Source: a virus. From it: a stretch of DNA of 64,000 bases. Both the position numbers and the translations under genes were made by a program. A model generated the notes under the pieces. It saw only the letters and a list, made by a program, of their open reading frames with translations. It searched no databases and was not told where the DNA came from. Below are positions 49,608 through 58,109 of this stretch, piece after piece. The stretch lies in the IMG/VR virus record IMGVR_UViG_3300035105_000276, positions 32,001 to 96,000 of that record; one strand, 5' to 3'. How positions within the stretch are numbered: position 1 is the stretch's first letter; the number at the start of each line of letters is the position of its first letter.

Positions 49608-50195
49608 CTACACAGCCGGCTCCAGGTCCATCCCGAGAATCACACTTTTAAAGTGCTCCCGGGTACCTACGTTCCACAGGTGAATGTCATATTTGAAATC
49701 AAATACCGACTCATCCGCATGGTTATCCGGAATATTCGCCTCCGCAGCCTCTCTGCGAACCAGTACCGATTTCACCGGAATGGTGCACTCTTCAAAGTGG
49801 TCCTGAAACTGAGCCAGATGCTTGGGCTCCCTGGCCACCACGCACACTATTACCGGTTTATCCGGAATACCGTGAATGCTTATTGGGTCTTTGTCCAGCA
49901 TGTTGGTGTATAAAAGGTCTGTCAGTTGCTGCTCTACCACATCAATGGTTTTTTGAAACGGGAACCCATTAAAGTCATCCAGTAAAGTGGCAAGGTCCGC
50001 CAGAAATTTACGACTCCTGTTATCTTTGGCCCCAGACCACCCAACAGCCTCCGCAATCAATTTTACCGGATTTATAATACTGGTTCGAATCACATGATAC
50101 CGGTTCGATTCAATCAGAGTGTCAATGAAAAGGTCTTTACCTGTACCTGCTACACCGTTTATCAAAAGGGCCATTATCTTTGCATTCTTTTGCAT
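49608..50195 (-). CDS. P-loop kinase (dNMP-kinase-like)
   Basis: INGVAGTGKD, K..A..GW.G.KD..RKFL, REP, NHAD. Confidence 0.7.
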   Translation of the reverse strand: MQKNAKIMALLINGVAGTGKDLFIDTLIESNRYHVIRTSIINPVKLIAEAVGWSGAKDNRSRKFLADLATLLDDFNGFPFQKTIDVVEQQLTDLLYTNMLDKDPISIHGIPDKPVIVCVVAREPKHLAQFQDHFEECTIPVKSVLVRREAAEANIPDNHADESVFDFKYDIHLWNVGTREHFKSVILGMDLEPAV

Positions 50196-50231
50196 ACATC
50201 TAATCCTTTATGTCTTTTTCAACAATCCGGC

Positions 50232-50699
50232 CTAATGGCCTAAAACATCCACAATCCTTTGCCGGGCAATCTTGGAGTACCGAATGCACTTCCAAGGATT
50301 CCTCCCGGTATCCTCCTTGATCTTATTTAAGATATGGAGTCTTTTCTTATGAATGTGAAGTAGCCTTTTTTCCTTTATGGTATAGACACCCTTTATCTGC
50401 CGAATTGTCAGCTCGCTGTCACTTCTGATAATAGCTACATTCTTCGGATTTTTCAAAATGCCGGACCCCAGTATCCAACCCAGCAATTTATTCACAGACA
50501 TCGACTCCGCTGTGTTACAGGTTTGGCGGAACTTGGCTACTAAAGGGAAACGGGTATCCTCTTTCACCAGCTCCTTGTCGTTTTTAAATACTTTGAAACT
50601 GCCGTAAGCGGCGGCGTCTACAGCACCATTCCTGTAGCAGCCACCGTCTACGTAACATATGTACTCAGTTATGGAAGTATCTGTTGCACTATACTCCAT
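50232..50699 (-). CDS. RNase H (HI family)
   Basis: YVDGGC, TCNTAE, IRSDSEL..QI.G.Y. Confidence 0.75.
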   Translation of the reverse strand: MEYSATDTSITEYICYVDGGCYRNGAVDAAAYGSFKVFKNDKELVKEDTRFPLVAKFRQTCNTAESMSVNKLLGWILGSGILKNPKNVAIIRSDSELTIRQIKGVYTIKEKRLLHIHKKRLHILNKIKEDTGRNPWKCIRYSKIARQRIVDVLGH

Positions 50700-50701
50700 A
50701 C

Positions 50702-52411
50702 CTACCCCTCCCATTTTTGAAAATCGGAAGGATCATCAATAATGCTGGTGATACGCCGCCCAAAATCCTCCTGAGAGGTTGCATGGATAGGGTTACCCTC
50801 GTCACTCAGAAAAACCCAGCCTTCGTCTTCGTAATAATAAACTTCAGCTCTAACTCCACCGTGCAACAGTACTCTGGTCCGTACAGGTACAAGCATCCCA
50901 TTCCATACATTTACGGGTGCATCAGGCTCAAGCTCAGAAGTTTGTTCATTTTCGGACTCGTCTTCTGCTTCTGGTATGGCATGTTTTACATCCAGAATGT
51001 GAAACCCTTCAGCCAGCCAATACACCAGCCTACGTACCCCATCTGACATGATAGAGTCTTCAGGTCTGCGTACCATTACCTCGTACCCCAAGGCTTCACC
51101 CCCCACGACAAGATGTAGCACACCCCCCGGAGAGGGTATAACTGTTAAAGCATTATGCTTGCCATTGTCATTAATGGTGTAAACCGTAGTTCCCGGGGAT
51201 ACCAGAACAAGCTGTCTAACACCGTTTATCTCTGCACGTAAAAACACAGAATTTTCCTGGCAGCCCTTTACCATCAAATCAATAGTTTCTCTAGATAGTA
51301 CTTTGTATTTTGGAAACTGCTTTGCATATTCCAACAGCTGAAATTTTACCTCATTCAGGTGTTTTATATCTTCCTTCCTCTCTTCTTCCAGGCTGGCCAC
51401 TGTACGCATCAGATGAGCCTTTTCCTGTTTCAGCTTTTCCTTGAACGGATCAGCCATTGTGCTCACAAAGTTTCTGGCATCAAATCCCGCCTTCCACTTC
51501 ATCTGGCATAAATCCTTCCCGGGCACAGTGGTATCCAGGAACAGACTCATAGCGGCTTTGTTGTTTTCATCGTTCAACGGCTGGTGCCGTACCCAGAAAT
51601 CAACCAGAGAACTCACATATGCAGCCACATTTTCCCCAGTGTACCCAAGAGCTCTGGCGGTACAAGGTTCCTGAACAGCTTCTTCCTGCTCAAATAAAGC
51701 TTCATCTATGTATTCTCTGACAACTGCAGGGTAGTCAGTATACATACTCACTAAATACAGTACTGGCAAAGCAAATACATGCCACAGACCCAGGCTCATT
51801 CTGCAATCAATGTACAGAGCAGGGGTATTGTCTATAGTCGGGCAGTAATCCCCGTTTTCGTCCCACTCAATTTTACGCAGCAAATCTGAACCCAGGTCGT
51901 TTCTGAACTCCATGTTATCCACACAACCCACCAGCACATCAATTTTTACCCCTTCTCCAAGCAGTTCGTATAAATGGAAAAGATTCGTAACCCGGTCTTT
52001 AATAGTTGTGATGCGCACAAAATACCGGTCCATCATATCCTGCTGTAAGGCTTCAACTTTAGACATGCCCAGGTTTGTCACTTTGTGAAACTGGGTGCCA
52101 ATGTTCTGAATCTCCACATCGTCATCATCAATTACCGTGATATTCCTGGCCCCCATGGCCACCAGATTTTTCACAACCGGGGATCCTATCCCACCGGCCC
52201 CCACCACTACAAAATGCATGGTCTGCAATCTGCGCAAGGGTATGGCATCAGAGAACCGGGTTGTAATCTGCTCCTGCACATTAACTCCAACGGTTTCCCG
52301 GCTCTCCGTTGCTTTTTGAACCACCCAGTCAGCGTACAGCTCCCTTTTTTCTTCAAAAGACTGCGGAGCTGCCTGTGAATTGGCTTGGTCTCCTACTATA
52401 GCTTCAAACAT
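50702..52411 (-). CDS. E1-like ThiF-family Ubl-activating enzyme with C-terminal extension
   Basis: VVGAGGIGS, DDDDVE.QN..Q, KVEAL, CVDN..R, IDCRM, and candidate catalytic Cys in EPCT. Confidence 0.88.
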   Translation of the reverse strand: MFEAIVGDQANSQAAPQSFEEKRELYADWVVQKATESRETVGVNVQEQITTRFSDAIPLRRLQTMHFVVVGAGGIGSPVVKNLVAMGARNITVIDDDDVEIQNIGTQFHKVTNLGMSKVEALQQDMMDRYFVRITTIKDRVTNLFHLYELLGEGVKIDVLVGCVDNMEFRNDLGSDLLRKIEWDENGDYCPTIDNTPALYIDCRMSLGLWHVFALPVLYLVSMYTDYPAVVREYIDEALFEQEEAVQEPCTARALGYTGENVAAYVSSLVDFWVRHQPLNDENNKAAMSLFLDTTVPGKDLCQMKWKAGFDARNFVSTMADPFKEKLKQEKAHLMRTVASLEEERKEDIKHLNEVKFQLLEYAKQFPKYKVLSRETIDLMVKGCQENSVFLRAEINGVRQLVLVSPGTTVYTINDNGKHNALTVIPSPGGVLHLVVGGEALGYEVMVRRPEDSIMSDGVRRLVYWLAEGFHILDVKHAIPEAEDESENEQTSELEPDAPVNVWNGMLVPVRTRVLLHGGVRAEVYYYEDEGWVFLSDEGNPIHATSQEDFGRRITSIIDDPSDFQKWEG

Positions 52412-52452
52412 ATTTGGTACCTCTTGATTAAGGTTTAAGGTGTCTCTCTAAC

Positions 52453-54150
52453 TTACTTTGGAAAATTGTGCCCAATTACAACTTTTTCTTTCCCTGATAC
52501 TTTACCATTTTTCCCATCTGCTTTTTCTTCCTTAGTAAACAGGTACTCTGTCCATTCTTCCTGGGGCACCAGGTCAACCACTTCGGCGGACAGCCACTCC
52601 CATAAGCTCATGCACCCCTCAGGTATTAAGTTATCCGGCCATTGCCCTGTACTGTTTGCTTCTGCTTCAATGGTTTCCCAGAAAATGGTGTCCACCAATA
52701 AACTTGTCTCATTAATCAGAACTCTCACGTTATCCAGCACAATGGGTAGCACTGTACTCAAGGGGGGCGCGTCTTCCCCATACCCATTATCCAGGCACCC
52801 CATATAAAATGCATATGAAATAGATGAGATGAAATCCCCCTGAGTTATTGAGTTAAAAAACCCAATACCCCTCAAATCATGAAGCAAGCTTTTAATCTCC
52901 TCATCCTCGGGATTGGCTCTCAGGTATTCGGTAAGTTCATCCAGCCGCCATGCCAGGTAATCGTCATCGGCTTCCATTTTACTTTCATAGTTAGACAGCT
53001 CGGCTTCCAGAAGATCTGTTACAAAAGTAACTGCCGCTTCCTGAATATCCTGCTCTCTCTCAACACTTCTATCAGCCGGTTTGTTTTCAATGGCCGCCTG
53101 CCGTCCCTGGGGGGTTGACAAATCAGAGCTACGCCAGTCTTCTCCCCAGCATGGGCCCCACATATCGTCACGGTCATAATCAAGGTAGTCCGGGACATCC
53201 CTTAAATTGTTACCGGCCCTGGGGTCACCCTGGTTATTAAGGTAGTGAGACCACCCCCTGTTAGCCGCCCTGTGCTGCCCCCAGTTAAGGGGGTTGTTAT
53301 GAAAAAATACAGATACTGGCTTTTTAATCAATTTGTCAATCTGCTCATCCAGGGTTTTCTTCTCTGCCCGGGTGAGCTCAGTTTCTTTGTTCACGCCATC
53401 TCCAGTGTAAATACCTACCGGAATATCATCAATCCTGAAAAACACCGGGTAATACATAACCAGGCTGGCGAACACCTGTTTGGCTTTGTTAAATACCAGG
53501 AAAATACGGTAGTCATTCTGGTATCCCAGCTCTGTTTTCTTTTCCTGCTGGTTTTTGTCTGTGGAAGACCAAAACACGCCCAGGTTTCCATGACTGTGCC
53601 CATGGTGCAGGTTGGCAGCAACCCCATCCGGGAATTTTTCAGGCCAGTTCTCTTTCAGGTAATTTGAGTACCTGGCCACATCCTCTAAGTCCAGATCCAC
53701 ATGAGCCTGAGTGGCATCCTGGGCTGCAATAAACATGTCGTACATCAGAAAATGCCGGCTCTTTCCCTGCAGGGGCTGTCCCAGAAGCATGAAAGCACAT
53801 TCCCCGGTTTTATCCGCGGCTTTGTCCACCACATACTGAACTTTTTTCAGTACCTTGGGAGTCAGAAATACGGCAGGTGTTTTCGGATCCTTTAAAGGGT
53901 CTTCCACCTTGGTACCATTTTTAGAAGTTTCACCTGAGTTGCAACCCAGCAGTAGGTAATCACTACCAGTGAAAGCAGCATCTCCCTCCCAATTGGGGAA
54001 ATCCGGAGTGAACGGGTAAAACGGAACCTCAGCCTGAGTTGTAGTCTGGGATGTGGTAATACCCATGTCTACAGTGTTTACCGGCTGCGCATTAATCTGC
54101 TGTGCCGTATTAAAATGATTTGAAACAATCTGACGAATACGAGAAGTCAT
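52453..54150 (-). CDS. JAB/MPN+ (JAMM) metallopeptidase with long extension
   Basis: GE(CAF)...HSHGNLGVFWSSTD matches E...HxH-x7-S-x2-D. Confidence 0.85.
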   Translation of the reverse strand: MTSRIRQIVSNHFNTAQQINAQPVNTVDMGITTSQTTTQAEVPFYPFTPDFPNWEGDAAFTGSDYLLLGCNSGETSKNGTKVEDPLKDPKTPAVFLTPKVLKKVQYVVDKAADKTGECAFMLLGQPLQGKSRHFLMYDMFIAAQDATQAHVDLDLEDVARYSNYLKENWPEKFPDGVAANLHHGHSHGNLGVFWSSTDKNQQEKKTELGYQNDYRIFLVFNKAKQVFASLVMYYPVFFRIDDIPVGIYTGDGVNKETELTRAEKKTLDEQIDKLIKKPVSVFFHNNPLNWGQHRAANRGWSHYLNNQGDPRAGNNLRDVPDYLDYDRDDMWGPCWGEDWRSSDLSTPQGRQAAIENKPADRSVEREQDIQEAAVTFVTDLLEAELSNYESKMEADDDYLAWRLDELTEYLRANPEDEEIKSLLHDLRGIGFFNSITQGDFISSISYAFYMGCLDNGYGEDAPPLSTVLPIVLDNVRVLINETSLLVDTIFWETIEAEANSTGQWPDNLIPEGCMSLWEWLSAEVVDLVPQEEWTEYLFTKEEKADGKNGKVSGKEKVVIGHNFPK

Positions 54151-54161
54151 GGGTACGTCTC

Positions 54162-55694
54162 CTATAAAAGTTTGGCAAGCAGTTTGCCTACTATTTTGTT
54201 TGAAGTTTTCGAAGATGCCGGCAGCACAAAATCCAGGTTCTTAATGCATTCGGTGTACTCAGGCATCACGGTAGTTGGGTGCAAATCTTTATCAGTGATA
54301 TGGGGCTGTCTAGCCTTCCACAGATACTGATCTAAATAATACTTATTGAGCAGCAACCCCGATTCAGATTTTTCTATAGCCGGGGCCACCATGTCACGCA
54401 GCAAAAGGCCCATGGCATGGTCTCTCCCAATAATACGCAGGTCATCATTGATACAGCACTGAAATAATAAGGTTGCATACAACGTTTTGAATGTAGTAAG
54501 CACCTGGAACCATGCTGCCAGATAGGGTATTACAAGGGCTTTCCAGTGTCTTGCATGTGTACCTACTTGCGCCTTATTGATAAAGAAAGAATCCAGTGCA
54601 ATCTCATTCCAAATGTCGTCTGTGGTACTGCAGCCGTTAGCCCGTATAACACCATGCTGCATTTTTACAGCGACTGCCGTCAGCCCGGACAATATCGGAA
54701 ATGCTAAGCCGTCATGTCGAGGTATGTGCTTTGTGGTCAAAAGCTCCAGCTTTGCCCACTCATCATTAATTTCAGGTGACCACAATTCACCTATAGTATC
54801 CGGCATTTTCTCAGTCATAGGTGCTTTCAGGAAATTGTACGTTACCTGGGTCAGGTTGATTAGTGAGGTAATGTACTGACTTTCAGTAATCCCTGACTCA
54901 GCCATCAAGTTGGACAGTATATCTATCATGCTGGCACTTGAACGAGTGGGCACGCATCTCCACGGGGTGAATCCACCGTATGCGTCGTTTACGTTATAGG
55001 TTCTCATCCAGTCCAGCGCCAGGCGTATTCCGCGTTTAAAATCACCTATTACTTTTACCTTGTTTCCGGTCAGGTACTCTCTGAAAGGGTTATCCATTCC
55101 GGTACAAATATTATTAAACATTCGGCCAGGGGTCTCAGAAGAGGCATGCGGATGGGTGGTTGCTGTCAAAAACTCCCGTAGATCGTCTTTACGGTAGTTC
55201 AGCGTGTTGCTCAGCACCAGTTCAGGGGGTGAAGCAACCGCAGGATCTCCTTCATCTTTTACAATGCACACATTCGGAGTTGTGTTTTTGAAGGCGTAAT
55301 ACCCTTCCCGGGAGAACGTCATCTCATATCTCAGGCAAGGTTCCGTAATATAAAAAGGATGAGTCCCGTTATACACCCAGATCATGGGAGCATTCGTGGT
55401 TTCTAAAACAGACTGTTCACTCGAATTCAAAGCGGGTACTGTCAGCCTTGAAAACTCCGGATATTTTGGCTTTACCACTGTGTCCAGCCAGTCAACTCCC
55501 AGGGTTATGTCTTTTTCAGACCAGTTGGAAATCTCCTGGTATTTTTTTATCAGAGAGTTCAGCTGCTTTTGCATTCTTTGGATGTTACGCTCCAAAGCCG
55601 ATGCTTCTCCCTGGGAACTGCTGATCTTCAAATATTGGTTAAGAACTCGCTCCTGTAGTGAAGCAGGGTCATAGTTCAGGTGAGTTATTGTCAT
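54162..55694 (-). CDS. Prokaryotic E2-like (UBC-fold) protein
   Basis: HPHAS....NNICTG (cf. E2 HPN..IC), downstream YN..DAY, and position between Ubl and JAB. Confidence 0.6.
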   Translation of the reverse strand: MTITHLNYDPASLQERVLNQYLKISSSQGEASALERNIQRMQKQLNSLIKKYQEISNWSEKDITLGVDWLDTVVKPKYPEFSRLTVPALNSSEQSVLETTNAPMIWVYNGTHPFYITEPCLRYEMTFSREGYYAFKNTTPNVCIVKDEGDPAVASPPELVLSNTLNYRKDDLREFLTATTHPHASSETPGRMFNNICTGMDNPFREYLTGNKVKVIGDFKRGIRLALDWMRTYNVNDAYGGFTPWRCVPTRSSASMIDILSNLMAESGITESQYITSLINLTQVTYNFLKAPMTEKMPDTIGELWSPEINDEWAKLELLTTKHIPRHDGLAFPILSGLTAVAVKMQHGVIRANGCSTTDDIWNEIALDSFFINKAQVGTHARHWKALVIPYLAAWFQVLTTFKTLYATLLFQCCINDDLRIIGRDHAMGLLLRDMVAPAIEKSESGLLLNKYYLDQYLWKARQPHITDKDLHPTTVMPEYTECIKNLDFVLPASSKTSNKIVGKLLAKLL

Positions 55695-57493
55695 TCGTCC
55701 TCCTTATATAAGTTGGGAAACATGTAGGTATTTTTCAGGATTGAGCCCAAGTAGGTTGATGAAACATTGATACTGGCGGATATCACGTAAAACATGTTTG
55801 AAGGGTGGTTAACATTTTGCCCAGCTGCCGGCTCAGTATCCAGGATAGAGTATATAGACTCCATCCTGGATGCTGCGAATGTCAGTACATGTGGATAAGT
55901 ATCTATCACCCAGTGAGAAGGTGCAGACCCTTTGGAGCCAATTGTGTGTGTCAAGCACTGAGATAGCAAACCCTGCCCAATCTCTGTGGACAACGATAAA
56001 ACAGCGTCAATCTCCACAGGGTACTGAATCAGGTAATCGTTTTTCTTTACCCCGTAAGAGTCCAGTATAAAATTTGTGGTGTTTTTATCTGCTGGAAAGC
56101 AAATATCCAGAGTCAGGGGGGACGCATGCTTGATAAAGAACGGCAGGGCAGGTTTTGCCGGATGCATCAATGTAATTACCCCCAGTATCTCCGGGAAATT
56201 CCGTAAAACATTATCATTCTTCAGCCGTGCGTACTTAGTTAAAGCATCATACCCCCATAACCGGGTACCCTGACCTTGAAAGCTTATACCAGGGCTTGCA
56301 AATTCTGAGACACAATCCTCGAAAATAAAGGGTTTGAACTCTCCTAACATTTCCGGAGTTTCTTTTTGCAAATATGATACCGATGTTTTCTTTTCTTTCA
56401 AGCACTCCCGGATGTGAGATTCAATGAAAATTGGGAGATGGTTGCTGGTATCGGTTAAAATATGAACTTTATTAAAAAGAACTTCGGACATCCTTGTTTT
56501 GGGTGGGAAACTTGAACGGTTGAAAACATCGGTGTAATGGTTTCGTACCGCTGGTGCAAAAGAATATACCAGATTGAGCATCCGGTGCACTGCGGATACG
56601 GCGAAAGCATACATGGTGGCAAAAGATTCCCGGGCTGACAGTTCTGGGTCAGGTACGGATAATATCCTTGCCATAATGTCTATACAGAAAAATGCATTGA
56701 CATCAGCACCCAGCTTATCTTCATCAGACGGGAACAGCTGATCTGCAATAGAGCAGAATGTTTCCAGATTGTATATTCTTGACAACAGAACGTACTTATA
56801 GAATTCCCGGATATGGAATATAAAGTACCCTGGGTCTTTAGACTCAAATATGCTGGCCTGGTAGTTTTTACAGGACAAAGAGGTGTCTACCCATTGAAAG
56901 AAGATCCCCATGTGGCCGAGGGTGTAGTTGTTTTTTTGGTGCAGTGTTGTAAAAAGTACAAGCTGCCGGATATGCAAGTTTAAATCGTTCCTGGAATGCA
57001 GGGCTGTATCAGCCAGGGACTCAGCAAATTGAGTACCTGAAATTAAATCAGAAGTTTCCTTGTCCTTCATAGCCCGGTACTTTAAAACTTTTCGATGGGC
57101 TTCCATCCTCAATATGGTTTGAATGTAGTTGAGAATACATTCATAAACGGGTGTTTTTTCCAATTTATCAAACTCTGAAGAGAAGTTCGTATAGGCCAAT
57201 TCAGACTCAGAGCATGCAAGGCGGGTTGTACCTATACCATAGGTAATGGTGGGGAGCAGGGTGTCGAAGGTCTCCTGGACGAATTCTTTGGGAGGCAGAG
57301 CAGGCTTCAATCTTGAGGATAGGAGCTGCAGTATGGATAACCCGATAGTTTCACGGGTAGCCTTTAGCATATCCCACTCCGAGTGTAATAACAGATGAGT
57401 CAGGCTGCTCCCGGGTGAATACTTGGGGTCGTGCTGCAGCCCATACTCCAATGCCGATTCCTGGTCGGTGGATGGGGCAAAATCTAAGAGCAT
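55691..57493 (-). CDS. Uncharacterised 600-aa protein in the Ubl operon
   Basis: Long ORF with AGGAG RBS, ATGA-coupled to the E2-like gene. Confidence 0.75.
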   Translation of the reverse strand: MLLDFAPSTDQESALEYGLQHDPKYSPGSSLTHLLLHSEWDMLKATRETIGLSILQLLSSRLKPALPPKEFVQETFDTLLPTITYGIGTTRLACSESELAYTNFSSEFDKLEKTPVYECILNYIQTILRMEAHRKVLKYRAMKDKETSDLISGTQFAESLADTALHSRNDLNLHIRQLVLFTTLHQKNNYTLGHMGIFFQWVDTSLSCKNYQASIFESKDPGYFIFHIREFYKYVLLSRIYNLETFCSIADQLFPSDEDKLGADVNAFFCIDIMARILSVPDPELSARESFATMYAFAVSAVHRMLNLVYSFAPAVRNHYTDVFNRSSFPPKTRMSEVLFNKVHILTDTSNHLPIFIESHIRECLKEKKTSVSYLQKETPEMLGEFKPFIFEDCVSEFASPGISFQGQGTRLWGYDALTKYARLKNDNVLRNFPEILGVITLMHPAKPALPFFIKHASPLTLDICFPADKNTTNFILDSYGVKKNDYLIQYPVEIDAVLSLSTEIGQGLLSQCLTHTIGSKGSAPSHWVIDTYPHVLTFAASRMESIYSILDTEPAAGQNVNHPSNMFYVISASINVSSTYLGSILKNTYMFPNLYKEDE

Positions 57494-57519
57494 TTGAGGT
57501 AAATCTCCTTTGTAGGGGT

Positions 57520-57561
57520 TAAAAAAAATCCCGGGAACACCTGATAGGCATTCCCGGGATT
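57520..57561 (-). terminator. Strong intrinsic terminator between Ubl and the enzyme genes
   Basis: ATCCCGGGAATGCCT-ATC-AGGTGTTCCCGGGAT followed by a long T-run. Confidence 0.75.
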
Positions 57562-57718
57562 ACTAGAGCCTTAAATTCCGGGAAAATAGCTCCACAGTAT
57601 AGGAGCAAAGCATCCGGAAAGCGGGCCAGGGCGGAGTGAGGCACTTATCATTTTTCTGCATTACTCCACCCGGCGAGGGCTCAGAGGCGTCAGGTAAAAG
57701 TTCTGGCACCGGCAGGCG

Positions 57719-57949
57719 TTAAACGCAGCCGGACGCAGTCTTTTTCTGGGCCAGGGTGATTGTGTCGCCGTCTTCGACGGCGGCATTCAGGTTGGCGGCC
57801 TCGCCATTAACCTCGACGGTCACGTTGCTCAAGCTGGTAATGCCTTCAACCTCTTCGAGGTATTCACCCACGGACAGGCCGTCCTGGATGTAACGGGTTT
57901 CGGGGGTTGAGGACGGGGATGCTGCGAATCTGACTTTCGAAAGTGCCAT
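57719..57949 (-). CDS. Ubiquitin-like beta-grasp protein (76 aa, ThiS/MoaD-like) ending ..TASG-CV
   Basis: SVGEYL, VEVNG, V.DGDTITL and a near-terminal Gly. AAGGAGG RBS before ATG 57949. Confidence 0.85.
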   Translation of the reverse strand: MALSKVRFAASPSSTPETRYIQDGLSVGEYLEEVEGITSLSNVTVEVNGEAANLNAAVEDGDTITLAQKKTASGCV

Positions 57950-58062
57950 TATGGCCTCCTTAAATAAATGGTCGCCGGCGTTCATGTGGCCGGCATGGTT
58001 AAAAGGTTGGTCGGGGACGTCCCGGGACCAATGATCAATCAATAAAAACCCTTAATCGATCT

Positions 58063-58101
58063 CTTCTAACAAGAAATGTGCGGTTTTTTGAATTTGTGAA
58101 G
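58063..58101 (-). promoter_or_regulatory. Overlapping class A and class B promoter of the Ubl operon
   Basis: CTTCAC-12-CCGCACAT overlapping TTCAAAA-17-TAGAAG. Confidence 0.55.
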
Positions 58102-58109
58102 AGTGGGTT

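Noticed and set aside
50702-57949. Thiamine or molybdopterin biosynthesis (ThiF/ThiS)
   Set aside because: No thiG, thiE or moaE genes; the Ubl lacks a terminal GG; JAB and E2-like genes are present. A sulfur-carrier role is unlikely but not formally excluded.
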